A DNA stretch of 64,000 bases from Actinomycetota bacterium (lineage in GTDB: Bacteria > Actinomycetota > Thermoleophilia > UBA2241): NCBI GenBank assembly GCA_003132585.1, contig PKYG01000023.1, forward strand, positions 11,841 to 75,840, given 5' to 3'. Below the pieces are notes generated by a model, which was given only the letters and a program-made list of their open reading frames with translations, made no database searches and was not told where the DNA came from. The position numbers and the translations under genes are program-made. Shown piece after piece: positions 1-9,668 of the stretch (position 1 is its first letter; every line of letters begins with the position of its first letter).

Positions 1-822
1 GATCCACAACGCTCGCCCAACCTTGTACCGGTACTGCTGTACCACGACGTCACCAGAACGCCGGCCACCCGTGCCTTTCGGCGATTCGTTATCCCGCCGA
101 CGCTGTTCGCAGAACATCTGGCGGCCCTGAGGGAAGCCGGCTACGCGACGGGTCGTGTCTCTGAACTGTCGAGCACGCCTCGCACGCAACAGGTGGTCTT
201 TGTCACATTCGACGACGGATTTGCAGGCATCGTCGAGCACGCCCTGCCCGCCCTCGCGGGACAGGGCATGACGGCAACCCTTTACCTTCCGTCGGCATTC
301 GTCGGCGGCCGGGCCGCATGGCTTGCACCAGAAGGAGAGTCCGGCCGGTTGTTGCTCAGCTGGTCGGATGTGCAGGACGCTGTGGCGTCCGGCTTTGAGA
401 TCGGCAGTCACGGACAACGACACCTCGAACTCGACATGCTCAGCAGCTCCCGGCTCCAGCGGGAACTCGTAGGCAGTAAGCGCGTTCTGGAGGACAAGAC
501 GTCTTCAGCAGTAGGCTCACTGGCCTACCCCTTCGGCTACAACGACAACAGGGTCCGCTCAGCGACCCGGGCAGCCGGCTACGGCACCGCATGCGAGGTG
601 GGCTGGGGGTTGCACCCCAGAGGGCGTGATTCGTACCGCATTCGTCGCTTCCTTGTCGGTCCCGATGTTGCTGGCGACCGTCTTGCTGCCCTCCTAGCCG
701 AAGACAGGCCAACAGCCAGTCAACTCGTTCGTCGCTACAGCGGACCGGCGTGGAGATTGGCGCGACGAACGCGCTCGTCGTATGCCTCTTGCCAGCAAAC
801 TCGAACTCGCAGACATGACTAA
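1..822 (+). CDS. Polysaccharide deacetylase (NodB homology domain), 5'-partial; the reading frame is open from base 1
   Basis: Frame 1 is open from position 1 (…VLLYHDV…FVTFDDGF…), so the gene starts upstream of the window and the ATG at 193 is internal. TFDDG and the His motifs are typical of CE4 deacetylases. Confidence 0.8.
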   Translation, partial: DPQRSPNLVPVLLYHDVTRTPATRAFRRFVIPPTLFAEHLAALREAGYATGRVSELSSTPRTQQVVFVTFDDGFAGIVEHALPALAGQGMTATLYLPSAFVGGRAAWLAPEGESGRLLLSWSDVQDAVASGFEIGSHGQRHLELDMLSSSRLQRELVGSKRVLEDKTSSAVGSLAYPFGYNDNRVRSATRAAGYGTACEVGWGLHPRGRDSYRIRRFLVGPDVAGDRLAALLAEDRPTASQLVRRYSGPAWRLARRTRSSYASCQQTRTRRHD

Positions 823-2893
823 GGCAGGCCAGCCTCAATCGACGTCCGGCACGAACGTTGAAGTCGTCAGCGTCGTCATCTGCAGTCATCTACTCGCAAG
901 ATGGGACTGGCTGTGTGCAGCGATCGAGTCGGTCGAACGTCAGACCATCCCGGTGCGCGAGATCGTGGTGGTCATCGACGGGAACCGGGATCTCGCCAAG
1001 CTGGCCACGGAGCGCCTCTCCGCGACGTGCACCGTGCTGGTCCGTAACGAATGCGGTGGCCTGTCGGAGGCCAGAAACACCGGCTTGACCGCTGCCACCA
1101 CACCATTTGTCGCATTCTTCGATGACGACGCACTCGCGGACGAGCGCTGGCTCGAGCATTTGATGGAGCCACTCGTCGATCCCGACGTGATGGGTGTCGG
1201 TGGCCATTCCCTCCCCATCTGGGACCAGGGCGAGCCTGCGTGGTTCCCGCGCGAGTTGCTGTGGGTCGTTGGTTGCAGCTACGCTGGTCTCCCTCTCGAA
1301 GTCGGACCGGTTCGAAACGTGTTCGGCGGGTGCGCCGTCTACCGACGCGAGCTCTTCGACCTGTACGGCGGTTTTCGGTCTGACTTCGGTCGACACCGCA
1401 ATGACGCGGCGGGCTGCGAGGAGACGGAGTTCTGCTTGCGCGCTTCCTCCCGGAGGCCTGGTGGCAGGTTCATCTATGATCCACGGGCTATCATCCACCA
1501 CCATGTCCCCGCCAACCGTGCGACACTTGGCTACGTGGTCAAGCGCTCATTTGCAGACGGTCGCTCAAAGGCGGGGCTCGCAGCGCATGCTCGCGGCGCC
1601 GCCAGGTGGCAGTTGGCAACTGAGACTACCTACGCCCGCCAATACGTGGCGAGGGCGTTCTTCGCCGGTCTTCGGAGTGGCGCCAGGGGCGACTCCGCCG
1701 GTTTGGCTCGGTCGGCTGTGCTGGCCATGAGCATGCTGGCAGCCGCTTGCGGTTTGACATCTGGCGTCGCCTCAATGGTGATCGGCTCAAGCCGTCGACC
1801 AGGGGGGCTCCCGCCCTTCCGAGAACCCGGGATGCAGCGTGGTGAGGGTGAACCTGAAGCCCAGTCGCCAGCGATCGACGCGAGCCCCAGGCTACGCCAA
1901 GGCCCCACGCCATCCGGAAGTGACATGTCGGTCGTGATCTGTGCGTACACAGAGGACCGGTGGGACGACATCGTTGCCGCCGTGGAGTCGCTCCGGCGGC
2001 AGACCATGCGGCCCTCCGAGATCGTCCTGGTAATCGACCACAACGGGTCGTTGTTCGAGCGGGCTAAGCGGTTGCCGGGAATCGTCGCCGTCGAGAATAC
2101 CGGGGCGCAGGGTGCGTCCGGATCAAGGAACGCGGGCGCCGCCGCGGCCACCGGCTCGATCCTGGCATTCCTCGATGACGATGCGACGGCATGCCCTGAG
2201 TGGCTGGAGATGCTTTCGGGTTCGTATGGTGGGCCAGAAGTGGCCGGTGTTGGCGGCTGTATCGATCCTGAGTGGCCCTCCGAGGCTCCCGCATGGTTTC
2301 CCGAAGAGTTCAACTGGGTGGTTGGCTGCACGTTCCTGGGCATGCGCACGACCACTGGCCCGGTCAGGAACTTGATCGGGGCCAACATGTCGGTACGACG
2401 AGACGTATGGGAAGGCGTCGGCGGCTTTCGAGAAGGCTTTGGGAACGTCAAGACCGCGGGACACTCTAGCTGGGTCGGCGAGTCGAGAGCATCGACCGCC
2501 GAAGAGACGGAGTTCTGCATTCGCGTGAGCCAGGCGTTCCCGACCTTGCAGTGGATTCTTGAACCCCGGGCGCGGGTCCGTCATCGCGTGCCGAGCCACC
2601 GCAGCACTTTCCGGTACTTCCTGTCGAGGTCACGCGAGGAGGGTCTTGGCAAGGCGGTCTTGGTGTCTGCGGTCGGCAGAGAAAGCGCCCTGGTAGAAGA
2701 GATCTCCTACACGACCCACACTCTCCCCGCTGGGGTTGCGAGAGGCGTGCGAGGCGCCATAGTCGATCGCGACATCGATGGCCTGAGGCGCTCAGGCGCC
2801 ATCCTCGCGGGCTTCTCCATGGCCGTGGCCGGTTTCGTGCAACGGGGAGGGAGGACCCTCATGGGGCCGCGCAGGAAGCCCGCCGCTCACTAG
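782..2893 (+). CDS. Glycosyltransferase with two tandem GT2 (GT-A fold) domains
   Basis: Two paralogous halves: VVSVVICSH…IVVVIDGNRD…FFDDDA and MSVVICAY…IVLVIDHNGS…FLDDDA. Overlaps the deacetylase stop (alternative ATG at 815). The 3' end overlaps the convergent GH16 gene by 4 bp. Confidence 0.8.
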   Translation: MPLASKLELADMTKAGQPQSTSGTNVEVVSVVICSHLLARWDWLCAAIESVERQTIPVREIVVVIDGNRDLAKLATERLSATCTVLVRNECGGLSEARNTGLTAATTPFVAFFDDDALADERWLEHLMEPLVDPDVMGVGGHSLPIWDQGEPAWFPRELLWVVGCSYAGLPLEVGPVRNVFGGCAVYRRELFDLYGGFRSDFGRHRNDAAGCEETEFCLRASSRRPGGRFIYDPRAIIHHHVPANRATLGYVVKRSFADGRSKAGLAAHARGAARWQLATETTYARQYVARAFFAGLRSGARGDSAGLARSAVLAMSMLAAACGLTSGVASMVIGSSRRPGGLPPFREPGMQRGEGEPEAQSPAIDASPRLRQGPTPSGSDMSVVICAYTEDRWDDIVAAVESLRRQTMRPSEIVLVIDHNGSLFERAKRLPGIVAVENTGAQGASGSRNAGAAAATGSILAFLDDDATACPEWLEMLSGSYGGPEVAGVGGCIDPEWPSEAPAWFPEEFNWVVGCTFLGMRTTTGPVRNLIGANMSVRRDVWEGVGGFREGFGNVKTAGHSSWVGESRASTAEETEFCIRVSQAFPTLQWILEPRARVRHRVPSHRSTFRYFLSRSREEGLGKAVLVSAVGRESALVEEISYTTHTLPAGVARGVRGAIVDRDIDGLRRSGAILAGFSMAVAGFVQRGGRTLMGPRRKPAAH

Positions 2894-4737
2894 CCCCCTG
2901 CGGTGGTGTCGGGCGCGTAGACGACGACCCAATCGACGTACAGGTTGACATTCGCCGGCGTTGTCGCGTCGATGCCGTGCTCCCAGTTGCCGCTCGCCCA
3001 CGCCTGAGTCTGGATACACAACACCATCGGAATCGTGGACACGTAGGTGTTCGTGATTGTAGCCCAGTCGGTACCATCGAGTGTGTAGACCAGTCTGCCG
3101 GGCATCCACTCGACCCCGAGCGTGTGCCACTGAGTGAGATCGACCGGCACCTGGTTGTGAATCATGTGAGTCAGCGAGTCGGGAGTCCGGTAGTGCATCG
3201 TCGTGGTGACTGTCTGCTTGTCGCCCCCATTGTCCTCGCTGAAGTCAACCTCCGGCGGCCAAGTGTGGTCGGCTGGGACCAGCAGGATGGCGTGGGCCAC
3301 GCCCGTGCCTGCGTCGAAACGGAAGCGAACGAGGTACTTACCGTACGTCTGGCCAACCCTGGCCTGGATGCCACCGGTTGCCCACTTGTTGGCGTCAGCC
3401 GGATCGCTGTATCCCTTGATCACCAGTTCACCATCAGAGAGCGACACATGCTTCGGGTCGAACCAACCGGCTGGATCGCCTGCTGGCTGACCCGAGTACG
3501 CAAACCAATCACGAGAAGCCAGCGTCGACCCTACGAAATCATCCGCGAACACCTGGCGCCAGCCTGGTACCGGATCGGACGGCATGGGGATCCTCTGTGA
3601 CGCCGCGGTCACCGTGAATGTGTTGCTCTGGGCGGTCAGTTGCCAGACCGCCACCGTAGGGTCGGCCCGCCAGTACACGGCGATGCGGTAGCCGGCGCCC
3701 GCCGGCAGGCTGGTAGGCAGCTTCACAGGAACACTGAAGGCAGTCTGGCCGGCTTTCGGGGCCAGATCGGTAAGGGTGTACCACGTGCCGGCAGCGTCGA
3801 TCGCCGAGACGCGGAACTCGCCCGAGGCGAGGGCGTAGGCGACCCTCCAGGTGATGGTCGGGGGCGAGCCAGCCTGCCAGGTCTCGCCGCCGGACGGACT
3901 CGTGATCGAGATCTTTTGCGTCGCCGCGGTCACCGTGAAGGCCTTGCCCTTTGGGGTCAGCTGCCAGACTGGCACCGCCAGGTCGGCCCGCCAGTAGACA
4001 TAGATGCGGCACCCGGGGCCAAGCGGCAGGCTGGTGGGCAGAATCACGGAAACACTGTAGGCGGTCTTGCCGGCCGTCGGGGCAAGGTGGCTGAGCAGGT
4101 ACCACGTGCCGGCCCCGTCGACCGCCCAGATTCGGAACTCACCCGACGAGAGCGCGTTGGTGATCGTCCAGCTCACGGTCTGGCTCGAATCCGCCTGCCA
4201 GCTCTCGCCGCCGGCCGGGCTCGTGATCGCCATCTTCTCCGTCGCTGCGGTGACCGTGATGGTGTTGCTCTGGGCAGTCAGTTGCCAGACCGCCACCGTC
4301 GGGTCGGCCCGCCAGTAGACGTTGACGCTATAGCCGGCACCCGGCGGCAGGCTGGCGGGCAACGTGACGGGCACGCTGTAGGCGGTCTTGCCGGCCTTCG
4401 GGGTTAAGTAGGTCAGCGTGTACTTCTTGCCGGCCCCGTCAACGGCCCAGATGCGAAACTCGCCCGAGACGAGGGGGTTGGTAATCGTCCAGCTCACGGT
4501 GTGGCTCACGCACGCCTGCCAACTCTCTCCGCCAGCTGGGCTGGTGATTTGGATGACTGAGGGATCGGTGGTCACCACACGGTGATGAATGGTCATCACA
4601 CGGTGATGAATCCCGTGGTAGCCGCCAACGCCGCGATGCGCATAGACGCCGGCGGCACGGGCCGGCAGAGCAACTGCGCCCAGACTCGCGACGACCAGTC
4701 CCACCAACAGCAAGCGTGAAGTCCTCGGACGTTTCAT
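2890..4737 (-). CDS. Secreted GH16-like (concanavalin/laminarinase fold) glycoside hydrolase with three ~107-aa tandem beta-sandwich repeats
   Basis: Signal peptide MKRPRTSRLLLVGLVVASLGAVALPARAAG (start taken at Met12 of the ORF). Three repeats ITSPAGGESWQ…VYWRAD…FTVTAA. C-terminal domain with a GH16-like catalytic region (…PADHTWPPEVDFSEDNGGD…). Confidence 0.7.
   Translation of the reverse strand: MKRPRTSRLLLVGLVVASLGAVALPARAAGVYAHRGVGGYHGIHHRVMTIHHRVVTTDPSVIQITSPAGGESWQACVSHTVSWTITNPLVSGEFRIWAVDGAGKKYTLTYLTPKAGKTAYSVPVTLPASLPPGAGYSVNVYWRADPTVAVWQLTAQSNTITVTAATEKMAITSPAGGESWQADSSQTVSWTITNALSSGEFRIWAVDGAGTWYLLSHLAPTAGKTAYSVSVILPTSLPLGPGCRIYVYWRADLAVPVWQLTPKGKAFTVTAATQKISITSPSGGETWQAGSPPTITWRVAYALASGEFRVSAIDAAGTWYTLTDLAPKAGQTAFSVPVKLPTSLPAGAGYRIAVYWRADPTVAVWQLTAQSNTFTVTAASQRIPMPSDPVPGWRQVFADDFVGSTLASRDWFAYSGQPAGDPAGWFDPKHVSLSDGELVIKGYSDPADANKWATGGIQARVGQTYGKYLVRFRFDAGTGVAHAILLVPADHTWPPEVDFSEDNGGDKQTVTTTMHYRTPDSLTHMIHNQVPVDLTQWHTLGVEWMPGRLVYTLDGTDWATITNTYVSTIPMVLCIQTQAWASGNWEHGIDATTPANVNLYVDWVVVYAPDTTAGG
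3601..4560. repeat. 3 x 320-bp tandem coding repeat (~85% nt identity) inside the GH16-like gene; a 21-bp tandem duplication lies at 4573-4614
   Basis: Repeat units start at 3601, 3921 and 4241. caccacacggtgatgaatggt and catcacacggtgatgaatccc are adjacent (HHRVMTIHHRV in the protein). Confidence 0.85.
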
Positions 4738-4778
4738 ATCTCGAGTAATCGGCTCGACTCGCCGACTCATCCAGTGGA

Positions 4779-5396
4779 ATGCGTTGCCCGAGACGGCAAC
4801 CGGTCAACGGGTGCGGGTCGGCGGTGGATCGGCCGTCGGTCATGGGAGGAGAGCCACTCCCGTTTCAGCGGCCCTCAACAACGACCATTCCGCCCATCGA
4901 CCCGCACGACGTCGTGAGGCTTAGCGGCGAGGACTACGACCCCAACGCGTTCGGTTACCTGACCATCCAGTTCGACGGTACCGCGATGCACGTCACGGCC
5001 TACGCAGCGCAGCTCGGCGCGACGTCGATGCAATCGTTCGACAGTTTCGACGTGAGCAACCGAGAATCGAGTGTCCTGCCGACGCTCACTATCACGAGCC
5101 CGGCCGGCGGCGAGAACTGGCTGGCCGGTACCCCCCAGACCGTGAGCTGGACGCTCAGCAGCGCCCTCCCCTCTGGCCAGTTCCGGATCTACCTCGCAGA
5201 CGCTGCCGGCACGTGGTTCACGCTCAAGACCTTCACGGCGACGGCCGGCCAGACCGTCTACCCCGAGCCCGTGACCCTGCCGGCGACCATGACGCCGGGA
5301 TCCACCTGCCGCATCTGGGTCTACTGGCGGTCCGACCCCACGGTCAACACCTGGCAGCTCTCGGCCAAGAGCAACGCCTTCACGGTCGCCGCCTAG
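4779..5396 (+). CDS. Protein carrying one copy of the GH16-associated repeat domain; possible fragment or pseudogene (no signal peptide seen)
   Basis: ITSPAGGENWLAGTPQTVSWTLS…VYWRSDPTVNTWQLSAKSNAFTVAA is an inverted nucleotide copy (5090-5395) of the 320-bp repeat. The start codon is uncertain. Confidence 0.4.
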   Translation: MRCPRRQPVNGCGSAVDRPSVMGGEPLPFQRPSTTTIPPIDPHDVVRLSGEDYDPNAFGYLTIQFDGTAMHVTAYAAQLGATSMQSFDSFDVSNRESSVLPTLTITSPAGGENWLAGTPQTVSWTLSSALPSGQFRIYLADAAGTWFTLKTFTATAGQTVYPEPVTLPATMTPGSTCRIWVYWRSDPTVNTWQLSAKSNAFTVAA

Positions 5397-5610
5397 AGGG
5401 CACAGGGGACCGCTGCATAGCGCCGCCACGATTGCGTCTCAGGCCCCGGGAGCCTGCACCAGATGGTGTCAGACCAACGCTCGGCGACGACAGGTGGCAG
5501 TAGCCTGGTCCGGTGCTTTGGCCGCGCCCGCCAGCGCCGACCGGTGCCTCAGGGCAGCCCGTTTCAGAACCGTAGCCGCCAGGCTCGACACGATGCCGGC
5601 ATAGTCCCTG

Positions 5611-7047
5611 TCAGTTCCGCGCCCGGCGCTCCCACCGCGCCCGCGTCGCACGCCGCAAGCACCACGACAACAACTGAACGCCCTCGATGGCTGCCGCTGC
5701 CACCGACAGCACCAAGGGCAGACCGACAGCACCCCGCCGCACGAGCGGCGCTTGCCTTTGGTCGCGCGCCGGCTGTGCTCGTCGTTGGTGACGCACAACG
5801 TGATCGATCGGCTCTGCTCGTTCATCGGGCCACCGCCTCTGCATCCGTCGCGAACGCATGTATGCGAAGGGACCGGCGAGCATACCGCGCAGCTCCGTCC
5901 GAACCAGGGCGCGAGGATAGGTCGGGGTGCGAGCCGCGTGCTGGGCGGAGGCGGGATTAACCAACGAGCGCACCCACGCCGGCACCACCATCGCCATTCC
6001 AACAAGGTGCCACGGGTTTCGCAGGGTAATTGCCGTCAACATTGCAGTGAAACCGACGCCGTAGCCGTGCATTTGGCGCTGGAGCTCTGCGAGAGTCGCA
6101 CGATGGGTGTGGTAGACGACCGCACTGGGCTCGTACCCCACACAGTGGCCGCTGGTGAGCAGCTCCACGATCAACGCGAGGTCCTCTCCCCCGCAGGCTG
6201 GCGTCCCAATGCCAAGGGCCTCGTCGAACCCACCCATGCCCCGCAGCGCGGTAGCGCGGAATGCGATGTTCCAGCTGCCGCCACGTTCGCCCATCGCATA
6301 CAGCGAGACGAGCCGCTCGCTCCCGTCCTCAATCGAGCGATGCACAACCCAGAACCGCCCCCCAAGGAAGAACGCAAGCGGGAGGAAGCTCCGATCGGAT
6401 AGTCGCCTGGACTCCTCGAACCAGATCTGGGCGGGGGTCTCAAGCTCCCTCGGCACCGCCAAACCGGTCACGGCTGCGACGTCTGGCTGACGCCCGAGGC
6501 GCTCGCCAAGAGCGCGCAACCAGCCGGGATCGACTTCCACGTCGTCGTCGGTAAAGGCGACGATCTCCCCCCTCGCCACCGCCAAGCCACGATTGCGCGC
6601 CGCAGAGGCGCCGGGGCGTGGCTCGCGCACGACCATCGTTCGCGCGAGATCCTCGGCAGGTGAGCCGGCCGGGCGGTTGTCGACAACAATCACTTCATAG
6701 TCCGGATAGTCGAGCGCGGCGAGAGACTCAAGGCACCGGTGCAGCAGGACCGGTCGCGCGAAATTGGTGCAAACAACGACGCTGGCGGAAGCGAGCGCCG
6801 GCGCATCGTCTTGGCGCTCACGCGCCCATACTCCGCCGAACCGCTTGTGCAATTCGCGCTCGAGGTCATTCGCCGCGACACGTGTGCCGCGCAGAGGGAT
6901 CTGCACGCTGCCGAGCGGCAGACCAGCGCGACATGCCAGAATCCAGGCGCCCGCATAGGGTGGTGGCGCATCGCGCGTGCAGTCGAGGTCACTCAGCGCG
7001 CAGGCGACGTCGATGACTGCCACTCGAAGCGGACCTGGAGCGGTCAT
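5611..7047 (-). CDS. Glycosyltransferase family 2 with ~100-aa N-terminal domain
   Basis: ASVVVCTNFARPVLLHRCLESL…YEVIVVDNRPAGS…FTDDDVEVDPGWL. Start placed at MTAPGPLRVAVIDV by analogy with the paralog at 16517-17806. Confidence 0.7.
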   Translation of the reverse strand: MTAPGPLRVAVIDVACALSDLDCTRDAPPPYAGAWILACRAGLPLGSVQIPLRGTRVAANDLERELHKRFGGVWARERQDDAPALASASVVVCTNFARPVLLHRCLESLAALDYPDYEVIVVDNRPAGSPAEDLARTMVVREPRPGASAARNRGLAVARGEIVAFTDDDVEVDPGWLRALGERLGRQPDVAAVTGLAVPRELETPAQIWFEESRRLSDRSFLPLAFFLGGRFWVVHRSIEDGSERLVSLYAMGERGGSWNIAFRATALRGMGGFDEALGIGTPACGGEDLALIVELLTSGHCVGYEPSAVVYHTHRATLAELQRQMHGYGVGFTAMLTAITLRNPWHLVGMAMVVPAWVRSLVNPASAQHAARTPTYPRALVRTELRGMLAGPFAYMRSRRMQRRWPDERAEPIDHVVRHQRRAQPARDQRQAPLVRRGAVGLPLVLSVAAAAIEGVQLLSWCLRRATRARWERRARN

Positions 7048-7344
7048 CACTCGGCGAGTCCGTCGCGAATCGCGGTCGTTACCGTCGGCGATGGCAACCT
7101 GCCGTACGGAAGCACCCCGGCGCTCCGCTCGCACGAGCTGCGGGGTGCTCCTCGGGCTGCGCGTGATTGGCAGTCAGCAGGTGGCACCGGACGCAAGAGC
7201 GCGGCGCCGATGCCGTTTGGAGGACGAGCGAAACGTGAGAGACGTTCCCGTGTGAGTGCCGGCGTGTCAAGCGGAACCATTACGAGGGTCGCCTGGAGGG
7301 TCCGACTCCCACTGTAGAGGATGTCGCACTTAGCGGCCCGCTCC

Positions 7345-8268
7345 TCACTTGTGTATGCCACTGGCGAACCTTCCAGCGTTGACAAGTACACACACTCCCC
7401 ACCAGAGATTCATCAGCAGCGTCTTGAACGGTTGGCACCGTATGTTCTTCGCGAATGGTATGGCCAACACTAGAGGGAAATACGGAAACACAATCGTGAT
7501 CGGCGACATCAGGATGAAGAGCGGATACGCCAAGGTCACGAAATCGGCTCCCAGTAGCTTCTTCATAGTCCTCGGATGCTTCCTATAGATCCGCACGCGG
7601 GCTTCCGCATACCTCCATGATCTCCTCATCTGCGCGCTTAAACTGCCCCAGTCATGAACTACCACGGCGTCATTGACAAAGCGTATCCTGTATCCCTTCC
7701 CTACCGCTCTAACCGTGAAGTCGATATCAGAACCATAAAGAAACGACTCATCGAACATGCCTACCACGTCAAATACCTGTTTCTTTATGGCAATGTTGAT
7801 GGTGGGGGCATCATCGACGTATTCTCTGCCGCGATCTGATCTTGCTCTCCTTCTCGTGGTCCATATTTGATCCTCGGCTGACACCCCCAGGGCGGGACCG
7901 GCGGCCATGTTCTCAGCATCGTTGAGCAGTGGTCCGACAAGGTATGCGAGCCAACCAGCACACGGTACGCAGTTGGCGTCAATGAAGACCACGATACCGC
8001 CCTTAGCCTCGCGCACTCCGAGGTTCCTCTGCTGGGGAATTGTACTTCTCCTCGACGATGGCTGCACTTCACTGCGAAAGGGCACCCACACGGTGGAGTC
8101 CGTGTATCTGCGGGACAAGCCGGTGACGCGCGCGTCCGTAGATGAATCGACCACGATGAGCTCGACTGGCGCTCCGAATCTTGCTCGTTCTGCAAGCAGA
8201 GCGTCGATTGTAGTGCTCACCGCCAGATCGTTCTTCACAATAACAACGACGGAGACGCCGTCATCCAT
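7345..8268 (-). CDS. Glycosyltransferase family 2 (membrane-anchored C-terminus); GC lower than neighbours
   Basis: VSVVVIVKNDLAVS…ELIVVDSSTD…FIDANCVP, with a hydrophobic C-terminal segment. Confidence 0.75.
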   Translation of the reverse strand: MDDGVSVVVIVKNDLAVSTTIDALLAERARFGAPVELIVVDSSTDARVTGLSRRYTDSTVWVPFRSEVQPSSRRSTIPQQRNLGVREAKGGIVVFIDANCVPCAGWLAYLVGPLLNDAENMAAGPALGVSAEDQIWTTRRRARSDRGREYVDDAPTINIAIKKQVFDVVGMFDESFLYGSDIDFTVRAVGKGYRIRFVNDAVVVHDWGSLSAQMRRSWRYAEARVRIYRKHPRTMKKLLGADFVTLAYPLFILMSPITIVFPYFPLVLAIPFAKNIRCQPFKTLLMNLWWGVCVLVNAGRFASGIHK

Positions 8269-8351
8269 CGAGATGGCCCCCTCTTCCCAGCCGCTCGAGC
8301 TTCTTGCGCCGTACCTCCCAGACCCCCGATGGCCTCAGCAAACCGCACCGG

Positions 8352-9461
8352 TCACGGCGCACTTCCCGCTTGCGGCTGATGCGGACAGGCGGTCGCATGA
8401 TCGCAATGATCCTTTCCGGGCAGCGACAGGAATACGCGCTTCGCCGCACCGACGGTCTTCAGGAACGTATACCAGCCGACATACAGTGAGCGCCAGTACA
8501 GATACTCAGCATGACCCCAGACTCCCGACCCACCTGCGCCCAGCGAGTGGGCGAGTTCGGCGAACCGCTCCGCGAGATCGGGGAACGGGCGCCGTACGCG
8601 TCTCGAGGTGGCGCGGAAGTTGCCGACGGCCAACGCCCTTATCCGGGCCGGCGAGTGTCGCGCCAGCAGACCATCACGCTGCAACGTCGCGCCGTGCAGG
8701 AAGCATTCATATCCGACGCGCGAGACACGAACGTCGCTCACCCGCTGCTCGTGTCCACGACGAGCAGAAGCGAGCACCAAGGGGATAGCAGTGCCCCGGT
8801 CGGACGCCCCGAGCAGCCGGACCAGATAGTCGTAGTCCTGGAAGACCGCAAGCGACGCGTCCCAAGGCCCGACGCTGGCGACGATCGAACGGCGTACCGT
8901 GAACTGCACCGTGATTCCCCATATGTCGCCCTTGCAGAGTGCCTCGAACGGGGGCCACCCCGTCGAACGCGGGATGGGGGTGTGGAGCGTCTCACCGCAG
9001 ACGCCGCAGAAGCCAGTGAAGCCTGTGTAGACATAGTCGCAAGACGTCTGTCGGAACACCTCGACGACCCGCGATAGGCGGTCCTCGTGGAGCAAGTCGT
9101 CCGAATCGAGGAACTGGACGAACTCGCCATGTGACGCATCAAGCCCCGCGTTGCGGGCGACGCAGGCACCCGACCTCTTCTGTCTGAGGCAGCGAACCGT
9201 GAGCTCCGCGTCTCCGGCACGCTCGGCGATCCAGGCGGTGAGGACGTCCGGCGTCTCGTCCGTCGACCCGTCGTCGACAATCACGAGCTCTATGGGGCGA
9301 AACGTCTGCCGCGCGACGCTCTCGAGGGACTCGACGACGAGATCCGCGCGGTTGTATGTCGGGACGATGACGGTCACGAGACCCGACTGGAACGATTCCG
9401 GCATCCAACCAGCGGGGTTGCCCTGTGGATTTCGCCCGTCGCTGCCGTCGCGCATACACAC
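8352..9461 (-). CDS. Glycosyltransferase family 2
   Basis: VTVIVPTYNRADLVVESLESVARQTF…LVIVDDGSTDET…LDSDDLL. A GGAGA Shine-Dalgarno lies ~9 nt upstream of the ATG at 9461. Confidence 0.75.
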   Translation of the reverse strand: MCMRDGSDGRNPQGNPAGWMPESFQSGLVTVIVPTYNRADLVVESLESVARQTFRPIELVIVDDGSTDETPDVLTAWIAERAGDAELTVRCLRQKRSGACVARNAGLDASHGEFVQFLDSDDLLHEDRLSRVVEVFRQTSCDYVYTGFTGFCGVCGETLHTPIPRSTGWPPFEALCKGDIWGITVQFTVRRSIVASVGPWDASLAVFQDYDYLVRLLGASDRGTAIPLVLASARRGHEQRVSDVRVSRVGYECFLHGATLQRDGLLARHSPARIRALAVGNFRATSRRVRRPFPDLAERFAELAHSLGAGGSGVWGHAEYLYWRSLYVGWYTFLKTVGAAKRVFLSLPGKDHCDHATACPHQPQAGSAP

Positions 9462-9668
9462 GTCTCCAGAGAATCGGCCCCGTCGTCCGCGGGGACAACG
9501 GCTCGGCGTCGCGGATGCCAGTCACTTCAGGACTGTCATCCTTTCTGTTAGCCTAAACGACATGTCGTGGTATTGGCTATCTCCGGGGCGATTTGGGCCC
9601 AGCTGCACCGGCATGCCTCCCTGCCGGTCGGCGGTGCCACCAGTCTCAACTCCCGCTGGCCCCGAGCT

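Noticed and set aside
3601-4560. Possible CRISPR array suggested by regularly spaced repeats
   Set aside because: Repeat unit is 320 bp, protein-coding, with no short unique spacers. It is a tandem domain repeat inside a GH16-like gene.
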